A stretch of 64,000 nucleotides of DNA. Origin: Rebecca billardiae RCC1528 (taxonomy: Eukaryota > Protista > Haptophyta). Position 1 is the stretch's first letter. Every line of letters starts with the position of its first letter. Below the pieces are notes generated by a model. That model saw only the letters and a program-made list of their open reading frames with translations. It searched no databases and had not been told where the DNA came from. Position numbers and translations under genes: made by a program. Below, piece by piece: positions 1 to 10,045 of this stretch. The stretch is from positions 1,364,001 to 1,428,000 of the forward strand of contig OZ251236.1 in assembly GCA_965240325.2 (NCBI GenBank). Reading direction: 5' to 3'.

Positions 1-1440
1 AGCGCTGTGTTTGACCACGAGACAGTGCCGTCGCCCGCGATGGCAGCTGCAAGCTGATCGTGCGCTCGCCGCTCCCAGACGATGCAGCAGCCACGGACGT
101 CACACACGGCACGGGGCGAGTGTGCCTCGAGCCTGCACCACATCTTCGCCCGCGGCTGCCCTCGCAAGGCGATGTAGGTCACACGCCGCGCACCGCGCGC
201 GTGGCCGTGATGGGTCGGCACAGCCCAGTCAAAGACACGGCATCGTATCGCCCTCTGGCCGCCAGCAGCATCACCTCTGCCGTCTGCGAGCGACTCGTAG
301 TTGCAGCAGCAGCTGCCAAGAGCTTGCCACAAAGAAACTGCGCGACGGGCGTCAGCGCCGACGCGCGTGGACGCGGGTCGGCACCGGGGCGGGGCGCGAG
401 GGGGGAAAGAGGCACGAATGCGATGCCGACGGCCGTTGGGACCCACCGCAGCCGCGCGCACCTGCGCTGAGTCTGTCGGATTGAACGATCGTGCGGCGGC
501 GGCCTACATGGGCAGTGGCGGCTTTCTGCGTTCGGAGCCTCGGCTGCCCGCCCGTCAATGCGCGAGCTATAAAGGCCGTACCATGGCATAGTATTAATCA
601 TGAAGGGAGATATTATGAAGATTTGTCCGCTCAAGTTTATCGTTCATATTCGTCAAGCTCTCCCGGTGAGTCCCGGACGCGCCGGTATTAAATGGGAGAG
701 AATCAAGGGTCGTGCGTGAAGCGGTAGAAATTCTTATGCTCATGAGATTTCATCAGGCCCGTCAGGATTGCCACCCGCATTGACGTCGTATCAGTAGATG
801 ACCAAAACTATATCAGCAAGGGTAGCTTGATAACCATATGATACAAGGGCGCGCGGGAACGTCGATTCAAGCTGCCCGCGCAATACCATATCGCGTCGCT
901 TTGATGAATCTGAGCAGTGAACAGCTATCCAGAGAATTAGTTCGATATCTCACCTTTTTATGGTCAGTTCAACACACGAATCTTGACTATCAGAAAGGTA
1001 TCAGAGATGACTTCGTCTATTTGATTCCGATTTCTTCTATTACTTACTATCCAAGGATTAAGGAGCAGTACAAACGCAATCATGAGCAGCGAAATGGGGT
1101 CTCTATGCTGCGGATTTCACACCTAAATCCGCCTACAAAAATCCCCCAAATCCTGCGCGCATCCTCTTTTTTGATTTTGCGGAGCACGTGCGCCGCCCCC
1201 CCCCGGCTTTCGCTCACGCTCAGACCTTTCGGGGGGGGCGTGCGCCATCACAGTAGAACTCATCAGTGTGAAGACTCCGCGGCCTGAGTCGAACTACTAT
1301 ATCTACTCTCTCTCTCTCTCTCTAGCTATCAGCCGCGTGATTTGTGAGTACGGTCCGACGGCATGTCACGCCGGCCGGCGGCGGCACTCACACGCTCGGG
1401 ACCAGTCTAACCATCAGCAGTGTAAGTATCAGCAGTGTAA

Positions 1441-1444
<4 letters not shown>

Positions 1445-1507
<63 letters not shown>
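1445..1507. repeat. (CT)n microsatellite
   Basis: Pure CT dinucleotide run. Confidence 0.95.
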
Positions 1508-1508
<1 letters not shown>

Positions 1509-2214
1509 GTATCAGTATGACTATGCGCGCCCGGGCCGCGTGGTTTAGACTGTATCAGACTCAGAGGACCGCGGTAATCGGGAATACGGTAGTAGCTAGG
1601 GTGCGGCACTACGACTACGCAGCGGGCTCATCATTTAATTCACTTTATACTTAGTTCGTCCGTGCTAGCTAGTACGTAACGTTCACTACGTAGTCGACTC
1701 GGCGACTCCGGCGACCGGCGGCGAGCCGCGTGTCACGCGGCGAGCCGCGCGGCTGTTGTCTTACGTTGATTACTGTAGTCATTCGCCGAGCCGCCCTGCT
1801 GCCGCTGCGCGACCGCGTATCGTCAGCCGATATATATCGTCAGCATTCCGTCCGATCGATCATTACGGATCAGCGCGCGCGGCTGCGTCGTATCTGAGCC
1901 TCGGATGTCCGCGGCGGCATTCTCTCCGACTCCGTCCGCGATATCAGTATCAGCAGCATTGATTGAGTATAGCTAATAATCATATGATTCAATCAGATTG
2001 ACATCCGCCATCCGGATACTGCTGCTGCTAGCTTCTACCGGCCTGTACGACAGCACGGCGGTAGTACTAGTAGTCATCACTGCGTCTGCTGCTGTCTACA
2101 CTGATACTTGATAGTGATACACTGATGGCTGATACTACAGTATAGTAGTACTGCTCAGGGCAGCATCACTGCACCGAGTAGTACTAGTTAGCAGTATAGC
2201 AGTACGAGTATTCT

Positions 2215-2652
2215 GAGTTTATTTGATTTAACGTGCGTAAGGCTCACGGTGGCAGGTTGCCGCGCCATCCTTCATCGCACGCTCTCCGAAGGCGAAGAGA
2301 GACCTGGAAACTGGTTTGAACCCGCCATGACCTCAGAGTCAGACGCAAGAGCACGCCAGTACTCCCACAGTATATATATATATATATTTAACGACGTGGC
2401 AGCATCGGACAAGCGTCAGGCTCAGAGTGCAACAGACACATAGAATGCGTCCGCGCCTTCCGTCCAGGTCAGACAGTGCGCCACCCGTATATATATAGTA
2501 TTCTACTCGGACACTATCAGCTAGCTAGCGCGCGCATTAACTACGTACGGCGCTACCATCGGCGACGGCTTCATGCGCAGGTGACAGTTGGCGGGCGTCA
2601 ATCTCGCCGGCCTGAGCTGTGTGCGTCTCTTATTCTTAGTAGTAGTGAACTG
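2215..2652. mobile_element. Degenerate copy of the Tc1/mariner-type MITE family (see 46791-47002)
   Basis: 2229-2353 aligns to 46805-46918 (taacgtgcgtaa...ggctcacggtggcaggttgccgcgccatccttcatcgcacgctctcc...gacctcaga...cgcaagagcac). Ends GTGAACTG|TA; the right end is shared with 7718-7766. Confidence 0.6.
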
Positions 2653-2716
2653 TAGCCGACTGTGACTGAGCCGTCACGGTAGTATTAGTATCGTCGCGTC
2701 GTCGAGTGAGCCGTCG

Positions 2717-5700
2717 TTATGGCAGCCTCGCGACCACAGCCACCGATGTGCCGCGGTTCCCCAAAGCCACGGCTGTAGTTGCGGCAGAATTCAGCGGCGT
2801 GACAACCCCCACGGCCGCCTGGATGCGCATGAGCGCGTTCGAGCCCCGCCGGCTGCGCGGCGTTTCGCCCGGCGAGTCGGCGGGCGACGCGCTCCGCGGC
2901 GAGTTGAACTGCGAGCCGAATGGCGACGTGCCGGGCGACGACACCGGAGTCGAGCGGCCGGAGGGCGTCTCGGGCGCCACCTGCACGGCGTGCCCGATAG
3001 ACGCGGCGACGGAGACGAACGCCTGCACGGCCGCGCCAGCGTCAGCACCCCTCGGGAAGCGCAGCTCGAGCTGCTCGCCCGCCGCGGTGCCGAAGCGCAC
3101 GCGCCCGCGGCCGGGCGCGACGCGCCGGATGTCCTTCACGTCGATGCACACCCGCGCGCTGCCCGCAAGCGGCTTGAAGGTGAGGTGCGCGGACGCGCCC
3201 GCGCACAGCAGCGACATGTGCCCGGGCACACTCGAGCGCAGGCACGCGAACGAGCCGAGCTTGCGCGTGTCCTCTGGCAGCGCGAGCAGGTCGATCAGGG
3301 CGCGCGTCGAGCGCGCGCGGATCAGCAGGCACTGCGAGCTGAGCGCGTCCCACGGCATGGACGCCTCCATGCGGATGGCGTCCTCCTCCTCGTCCCCTTC
3401 GCCGTCGGCCCCGGCGCTCGCGCCGCCCGCCGCCGCGTCCTCGCCCCCCGCCGGGAAGGCGACGTCGAAGCACAGCTTGAGGAAGAGCCCACCGGCGGCG
3501 GCTGCGCCCTCGCCGTCGGGCCGCGCCGTGCTGAGCAGCTGGTTCAGCTCGATGAGCTCGAGCATCTGCGCGGCGGAGAGGCGCACGGCGGTGCACGACG
3601 CCGCCGCGAGCGCGGACGGGGTCGCCTGCGCCACCAGCTGGCGCAGCAGGAAGAGCGAGATCAGCTCCGCGTCCTCCGCCGAGTGGCCGCCGCGCCGCAC
3701 GCGGAACGTGGAGGTGTTTTCGTACCGCTCGACCACGCGCGAGCAGCGGCCCGGCTCGACGAGCGTGAGGCTGAGCGTGAGCGTGACTGTGCGGCCGGCG
3801 AGCGTGCGCAGCTTGTGCTCGCATGCATCCTCGCACCCGCCCAGCCCGCCGTCGTGCAGGTAGTCCGGGGCGCACGCCACGCTCGGCTCTGCGTGCGCGC
3901 TCGGAGGCGCGGGCCGGCTGAGCGCCGGCAAGGGCGCACGCACGCGCGCCTCGCTGCCATCGTCGTCGCCGCCGCCGAGCTCGCCAAGCACGTCCGCGCC
4001 GCCGGCGCGCAGGTAGTCCTCGTGCTGCGCCGATGGGGTGGCAAACTGCTCGGCGCTTGGCCCGCGCACGGCCGCGCCCAGCGCACGGCCGTGTGCCACG
4101 CCTGCACGGTGCCGAGGGCCGGCCGCGCCTCCACCCAACGCGGCGCCGGCCGCTGGGTGGAGATAGTCTGAGCGTGCGTCCAATGCGGCGCCGGCCGCTG
4201 GGTGGAGATAGTCTGAGCGTGCGTCCGCTGTGCCGTGGGCGGCGTGCGGTGGGGCCAGGTTGGGCTGCGCACGCCGGCTGGCGTGCACTGCTGCGTCCAC
4301 CTCGGCCCACCCGTCCTCTCCGCCGGGCATCGGCGCCAACCGACCGCCCTCCTCCTCCTCCTCCTCCTCCTCCTCCTCCTCCTCCTCATCTGCGCAGCTC
4401 GCGTCCGGTGCAGAACGGTGCGAGGCGCGCGCGCGCCGCTTCGAACGCCGCGCGAGCGCGCCCTCGCCCTGGTTGAGTGCGCGCGAGCCCGCGTCGTACT
4501 CGGCGTGGGCCACACCCTCGCCCTCGCAGGCCGCTCCGTGCCACTGCGCCGGGCGGCGAGCGGCCCTGCGCTCAGCATGGGGGCTGCCACCCTCCCAGCC
4601 ATCAGAGTGCGCCTGCGCAGCGGCACGTGTCGGGCTGCGCTCTGCCCAGCTCGCGCCCGCGGCCGAGACGGCCGAGGCGTGCTCGAAGCGCGAGCTGAGC
4701 TCGCGCACCACGTCGTCCGCCAGCTCGTCGGCGCCCGTCTGCGCGCCGCGCACGTCGCGCCGAGCGAGTGCGTGCGTGCCGTCGTGCAGCGCCGCCGAGC
4801 CGGTGTCGTATTCAGCGCGCCCCTCGCTGCTGGCGAGCCGGTGCAGGCTGGCGCGCATCGCTCTCGCGGCGGTGCGCGGGCGCGCGGGCGTGAGCGCCGC
4901 CTCGTGCCACAGCTCGTCCGCGTCCGCCTCGCTCTCCACGTCACCCTCCGCCGCGGAGGAGACGGTGGACACCGAGGCGCGCGGGTCGCGCTCGCGGCCG
5001 CGGCCCGAGCGCGCGGCTGCTGCGCGCGTGGGCAGCACGTCGACGCACACCGCGGCGAGGACATCCTCGCGCGTGGCCTCGCGCGAGCGCACGCGCGTCA
5101 GCATGTGCTCCAGCTCCTCGAGCGACGTGCCGCCCTTGGCGCCGCTCGGCTGAGCCGTCCGGTCGTTTGGCGCGTCGGCAGCCGGCGGCAGGAGCCGATG
5201 TCGCCGTGACGAGCCCGCAGGCACCGGCCGCGGCGGCTTGGCGACGTAGTCTGGCCGCGGCGCGCTGCCGAGCGGCCGCGTGGGCGGGAGCGGTGCCCGC
5301 GCAGGCGGCGTGTGCCACACGCTCGCGGCGTGCTCCGGCTCAGCCGCAGCGACGCCTCGCGCCCCGGGCGCACCAGCATAAGGCAGCCCCCTGCGAGAGG
5401 GTGGCTTTGCGCTCGGCGTGCCCGCGGGAGGTGACGCCTCGCGGGTGGCGCCGCGCTCGAGTGCTGTCGGCCCGAGTGCCATGCTCGCACCGTGGTACGG
5501 CAGAGGCGGGCGCACGTCCTCTTGCGGAGGAGCCTGGGCCGGCAGTTTGCTCGCGGCACTGGCCGCACCGGCCGCGCTCACGCGCGTGCTCATCGCGGCG
5601 CGGCCTGAGAAAGGCAATGCGGGGAGCGATCGAGCAAGGCTGTCGACTGCGTGCACGCTGCTCCTCAAGGCCTGGCCCGTCCGTGGGGGCGGCCCCGTGC

Positions 5701-5884
5701 GCTTGCCCGCCCCGGCGTACGGCAGCGCGCTCGCATCCGCCAGTGCTGCCTCATCGTCCAGCAAGCGCGCAGCGCCGTAGAGCGCCGTCGCGTCCTGCCG
5801 CCGGCGCTGCATGGTGTGCTCCGCGTCGTTGAGTAGGTCGAGCACGCGATCGCGCGATGCGATATCCGCTCCTGCGGATCGCAT
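2717..5884 (-). CDS. Hypothetical protein, low-complexity N-terminus with a C-terminal GRAM/PH-like domain
   Basis: 1055-aa ORF with GC3-rich codons. The C-terminal LGSFACLRSSVPGHMSLL...HLTFKP...VCIDVKDIRRV segment resembles GRAM. Contains a poly-Glu tract and a 45-bp internal duplication (DARSDYLHPAAGAAL x2). Start codon uncertain. Confidence 0.65.
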   Translation of the reverse strand: MRSAGADIASRDRVLDLLNDAEHTMQRRRQDATALYGAARLLDDEAALADASALPYAGAGKRTGPPPRTGQALRSSVHAVDSLARSLPALPFSGRAAMSTRVSAAGAASAASKLPAQAPPQEDVRPPLPYHGASMALGPTALERGATREASPPAGTPSAKPPSRRGLPYAGAPGARGVAAAEPEHAASVWHTPPARAPLPPTRPLGSAPRPDYVAKPPRPVPAGSSRRHRLLPPAADAPNDRTAQPSGAKGGTSLEELEHMLTRVRSREATREDVLAAVCVDVLPTRAAAARSGRGRERDPRASVSTVSSAAEGDVESEADADELWHEAALTPARPRTAARAMRASLHRLASSEGRAEYDTGSAALHDGTHALARRDVRGAQTGADELADDVVRELSSRFEHASAVSAAGASWAERSPTRAAAQAHSDGWEGGSPHAERRAARRPAQWHGAACEGEGVAHAEYDAGSRALNQGEGALARRSKRRARASHRSAPDASCADEEEEEEEEEEEEEGGRLAPMPGGEDGWAEVDAAVHASRRAQPNLAPPHAAHGTADARSDYLHPAAGAALDARSDYLHPAAGAALGGGAAGPRHRAGVAHGRALGAAVRGPSAEQFATPSAQHEDYLRAGGADVLGELGGGDDDGSEARVRAPLPALSRPAPPSAHAEPSVACAPDYLHDGGLGGCEDACEHKLRTLAGRTVTLTLSLTLVEPGRCSRVVERYENTSTFRVRRGGHSAEDAELISLFLLRQLVAQATPSALAAASCTAVRLSAAQMLELIELNQLLSTARPDGEGAAAAGGLFLKLCFDVAFPAGGEDAAAGGASAGADGEGDEEEDAIRMEASMPWDALSSQCLLIRARSTRALIDLLALPEDTRKLGSFACLRSSVPGHMSLLCAGASAHLTFKPLAGSARVCIDVKDIRRVAPGRGRVRFGTAAGEQLELRFPRGADAGAAVQAFVSVAASIGHAVQVAPETPSGRSTPVSSPGTSPFGSQFNSPRSASPADSPGETPRSRRGSNALMRIQAAVGVVTPLNSAATTAVALGNRGTSVAVVARLP

Positions 5885-6015
5885 CGGAGCCCAAGCCGAG
5901 GCGCGCTCGTCGCGTGCGCAAAGACGAGGGCGGAAGGTCCTTCAGCGGTCCCTTTAGCAACCGACCGGCGCAAACCGTCGCGATTTTTGCCGCCCAGGAA
6001 CACTCCTCGCACATT

Positions 6016-6070
6016 TCCGGTAAGCCGACGGAAGTCCGTCGGCCGGACATGGCTCCGGAAAATCCGGAAG
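6016..6070. promoter_or_regulatory. Candidate bidirectional promoter element
   Basis: Lies between divergent ATGs at 5884 and 6141. Has a 9-bp inverted repeat gccgacgga-ag-tccgtcggc (6024-6043) and clustered CCGGAA/CGGAAG motifs. Confidence 0.3.
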
Positions 6071-6140
6071 CACAATGTGGTTACAAGCGCTCAAGCCAGG
6101 ACGCTCGGAGCCCTTCCGCGAGAGGGACGCGAAACAAACA

Positions 6141-7354
6141 ATGACGGCCGCGGCGCGCACGCCACCACCGCGCGCCAAGGACAGGCGAGGGAGCGGTGGC
6201 TCGTCCCCGGGAGCCGCGGCGAGCGGCGGCGCTTTGTCGCCAAGCATTCGCATCGCCCCTGGCACCAACGGCTCGCTCGTCATCAGCCCGACGCAGGCCA
6301 ACGCGGATGCCAAGAAGCCGACAAATATCAAGCGGGGCATGCCGCTCTATTTGCAGAACCGCCCGGCGTCGCCCAACGAGCTGGGCGGCACGCGCAAGCT
6401 GCAGGCGCCGCAAGTCCTATCCACCAAGCACTCCGCACCCGCCTACTCCTTCGGCGGCTCGACAGCGCGCACGCGCTTGCCCTCGTCGACTTCGCCCGGC
6501 CCGGTGTACGGGCTGGGCTCGACGCTCGGCGGCGCAAACATCAGCTTTGGCACGTCGGAGCAGCGGCCGCGCCCGGGGCACCAGCGGCGGTACTCGCGCC
6601 AAACGCTCACGCCCAGCCCGGCGTCGTACTCGCTGCCGCCCTCGATCGGCAGCGGGCAGGTGCTCGAGCGCATGCGCTCGGCGCCGTCCGTCTCCTTTGG
6701 GACGGCGCCGCAGCGCGCGCTGCCCTTCTCCTCGCAGAACACGCCCGGCGCAAAGTACCAGATCGACGCGGCGCTCACGCGCACGGGCAAGGCCGCCGCC
6801 ATAGGCCTCGCCTGGTCCAACCAGCCGCGCTACCCGGACATGAAGGACGTCGCGTCGCTGCCCGGCCCCGCCTCGTACGACATTGTCTCGTCGATCGGCG
6901 CGGGCAACATCGAGTCGACGCTCTCCAACGCGCCCGCGGTCGGCTTCGGCACGGCGATGCGCTCCGAGACGGACTTCATGGCGCTCGAGCTGCGGCAGAA
7001 GCAGCACATTCCGGGCGTGGGCACGTACGACCACACCTCGATGCTCGGCGAGCAGCACGTGTCGGACAAGCGCTCGCCCGGCGGCGTGGTGTGGCCACAC
7101 GCGGACCGCTTCAAGCCCATCGCCGTCGAAGAGAAATTCATCGATGGCCAGGGGTTCGGTGCGCGCGCGCGCGGTCGTGCGCGCGCTCCGCGACCCACTG
7201 CGCCGCGGGCGCGCACCGTCAGCGTGGTGCCGCGCCCCGCGCGCCCGTATTCATTCTCTGACCCTCTCGCCACTGCGGTCGCTTCGCCACGCGCCGCGCC
7301 GCAGCGTCGGAGCGGAGCGATATCCTGCCCGGCCCGGGCCAGTACGTCGTCTGA
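6141..7354 (+). CDS. SHIPPO/STPG (ODF3-like) PGPGxY-repeat axonemal protein; join(6141..7158,7305..7354)
   Basis: Repeats PGPVYG, PSPASY, PGAKY, PGPASYD and PGVGTYD, with APAYSFG/APSVSFGT/APAVGFGT motifs. Splicing the GT-AG intron 7159-7304 gives the terminal repeat ASERSDILPGPGQYVV*. Confidence 0.88.
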
Positions 7355-7717
7355 GGCGGCCGACCGGTGGCGGTGTCCGTGCCGACGGTTGGAGCGGGAC
7401 AGTCGGCGATCGCGTGGGCTGCCTAGGGCAGCCTAGGGCACGCACATAACGACTGCCAGTCACAGCCACTCGGTGTAATCGCCGACGACCGATGACACTG
7501 CGGGCGTGTGATACTCCGAGCCGATGGCGACGGGCGACTCCGTGCATCCGACGCGGCGAGACCGTGACGCGGACGAAACTCTGCCATGTAGTGGGGGCCA
7601 CTGGCAGCGACTTGGCCTTACTGCAGTCAAGTAGCGTATCGCGTAGCCATACTAGTAGCAGTAGTATAGTATCATTGTAGCAATACTCTCTGTAGCCAGC
7701 TGAGACCGTGTGCTAAC

Positions 7718-7766
7718 AATCTCGCCTGCCTGAGCTGTGTGCGTCTCTTTTATTCTTAGTAAACTG
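7718..7766. mobile_element. Solo right end of the MITE family
   Basis: aatctcgcc..cctgagctgtgtgcgtctctt..attcttagtaaactg|ta matches 2600-2654. Confidence 0.5.
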
Positions 7767-8472
7767 TAGCTAACCGCTGAACATCACAATCGTTCAACTG
7801 TACCGCACCGAACTGGTATTTAAAAGTGAAGTACTGTATCATCTAAGGGGTTAAGCCACTATAATTTAACTGTCAGGCAGCGCCATCGTGCCGACGTGCC
7901 CACGGGCCCACGACGTGCGCGAATTTGTGCGACATTCACAGCGACGAGGTCGCGGTCCCCGGCCGCTCCGACGCGCTCTTGACTTCCGCGTGGGACGTGC
8001 GGAGGTCAAGAACCCATCCTACTCGTCGACGGTGCCGACCTCGCCGCCCTGAATGTCGCACAAATTTGAGATTGGCACCTCGCGCGTGCAGGCCGCGACA
8101 CGCATGCCAGGTCCGCGCGGCGCTCTGTGGGCAAGCGAGCCAAGGGGCGCAGCGAGTCCGGTGCGGCTGTCGTACGGGTCGAGCGCGAGCGCCGAGTCGC
8201 AGCCGCGCGCGCGCCGCGCCGCTGGCGCCGGGTCGCCCGGGGGAGAAGGCGCAGCTGCAGTGCTCCTCTGCCATCACGCGATCCGCCGGCAGAAAGACCA
8301 GACTTTGCGCCCAGTTTTGACCAAAACGATGGGCTTTTAACTCCGCGCGATCTGGGTAACCTGACAGTTATAGTGGCTCGGCCCTTTAGTACAGACGAGT
8401 ACAATAGATGAAGTTAAATTGGCCACCCCCGGAGCCAACGTGGGCGACGACGACGCTGTATCCGGGGTCCTC

Positions 8473-10011
8473 ATGGTGGCGAACGCTTCCGCGGCGGTCA
8501 AACTCCTCTGGCGCATGTCGGGGCGCGGCGACGCGCGTGCGACGTTCATTCTGGCGCGGCGGGCTGAGGATGGCGACGGCATCGCGCAGGACGGGCGCGA
8601 AGCCTTTCGCCTGTACACCCTCGCCGCTGAGCGCGGCTTTGCCGAGGCACAGGATAGGATGGGCGACATATGTAAAGGAGGGAAGTTTACTCAGCCCGTG
8701 GACCTCGAGGCAGCCGCGCGCTGGTACCGGCTGGCAGCCGAGCAGGGCTTTGCTCAAGCGCAGTTCAATCTGGGCCGCTGCTACACGCAAGGCAAGGGCG
8801 TGCGGCAGGATCGGGACGAGGCAGCGCGCTGGTACCGGCTGGCAGCAGAGCAGGGCGTTGCTGAGGCGCAGCACGGTCTGGGCGGGCGCTACACGACTGG
8901 TGAGGGTGTGCAGCAGGATCGGGGCGAGGCAGCGCGCTGGTACCGGCTAGCGGCCGAGCAGGGCGTTGCTGAGGCGCAGTTCAATCTGGGCGCGTGCTAT
9001 GCACAAGGCGAGGGTGTGCAGCAGGATCGGGGTGAGGCAGTGCGCTGGTACCGGCTGGCAGCCGAGCAGGGCTATCCTCGAGCGCAGTGCAATCTGGGCA
9101 TATGCTACGCGCAAGGCAAGGGTGTGCCGCAGAATTGGGGCGAGGCAGCGCGCTGGTACCGGCTGGCAGCCGAGCAGGGCTATCCTCGAGCGCAGTGCAA
9201 TCTGGGCATATGCTACACGACTGGTGAGGGTGTGCAGCAGGATCGGGGCGAGGCAGCGCGCTGGTACCGGCTGGCTGCCGAGCAGGGCGTTGCTGAGGCG
9301 CAGTTCAATCTGGGCGCGTGCTACTACGCGCAAGGCGAGGGTGTGCCGCAGGATCGGGGCGAGGCGGTGCGCTGGTACCGGCTGGCGGCCGAGCAGGGCC
9401 ATGCTGAAGCGCAGTGCAATTTGGGCATGCGCTACCAGATAGGCGAGGGTGTGCGGCAGGATTGGGGCGAAGCAGTGCGCTGGTACCGGCTGGCGGCCGA
9501 GCAGGGCTATGCTGAAGCGCAGCACGATCTGGGCGGGTGCTACGCGCGTGGCGTGGGTGTGCCGGAGGATTGGGGCGAGGCGGCGCGCTGGTTCCGCTTG
9601 GCTGCTGATGGCGGGAACGCACGTGCGCTCATCAAGCTGGGGGCGCTGACGCTAAGAGGCATGGGAGTGGAGCGTGACGTGGAGGAGGGCGCGCGGCTGC
9701 TGCGCAGTGCCCAAGAGCTCGATCCCGACCTCAGACAAGAAGCGTGCGACGTGCTGGCTGCGTTAGCTGCCGACCGTGAGGTGGCCTCCCAGTGCTGCAT
9801 CGCCTGCGGACGCACAGGCCGTCTGAGGAAGTGCCAGCGGTGCCGCGTGGCGGTCTTCTGCTCGCCGGAGCACCAGCGCAGCTCGTGGACGCTACACAAG
9901 CAGACCTGTGCCCTGTGGTGCATGGAGGCCCGCATGCGAGAGAGAATGGCAGAACTGGAACTGGCAGGTGAAGCCTCTGCCGCCGCTGCGCCTGCTGGCG
10001 CTGTCGAGTAG
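8473..10011 (+). CDS. Sel1-like repeat protein (11 repeats) with C-terminal MYND-type zinc finger
   Basis: 36-aa repeats AQxNLGxxYxxGxGVxQDxxEAxRWYRLAAEQG followed by CIAC...CQRC..FCSPEHQRSSWTLHKQTC. First in-frame ATG is at 8473. Confidence 0.92.
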   Translation: MVANASAAVKLLWRMSGRGDARATFILARRAEDGDGIAQDGREAFRLYTLAAERGFAEAQDRMGDICKGGKFTQPVDLEAAARWYRLAAEQGFAQAQFNLGRCYTQGKGVRQDRDEAARWYRLAAEQGVAEAQHGLGGRYTTGEGVQQDRGEAARWYRLAAEQGVAEAQFNLGACYAQGEGVQQDRGEAVRWYRLAAEQGYPRAQCNLGICYAQGKGVPQNWGEAARWYRLAAEQGYPRAQCNLGICYTTGEGVQQDRGEAARWYRLAAEQGVAEAQFNLGACYYAQGEGVPQDRGEAVRWYRLAAEQGHAEAQCNLGMRYQIGEGVRQDWGEAVRWYRLAAEQGYAEAQHDLGGCYARGVGVPEDWGEAARWFRLAADGGNARALIKLGALTLRGMGVERDVEEGARLLRSAQELDPDLRQEACDVLAALAADREVASQCCIACGRTGRLRKCQRCRVAVFCSPEHQRSSWTLHKQTCALWCMEARMRERMAELELAGEASAAAAPAGAVE

Positions 10012-10045
10012 TCCCTGGGCAATTGGGCATTGCCGGATGATACAA

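Noticed and set aside
1-1290. ORFs at the window start (e.g. 179-634 minus, 838-1287 plus)
   Set aside because: No recognisable motifs and codon usage unlike the real genes; probably intergenic or TE-derived.
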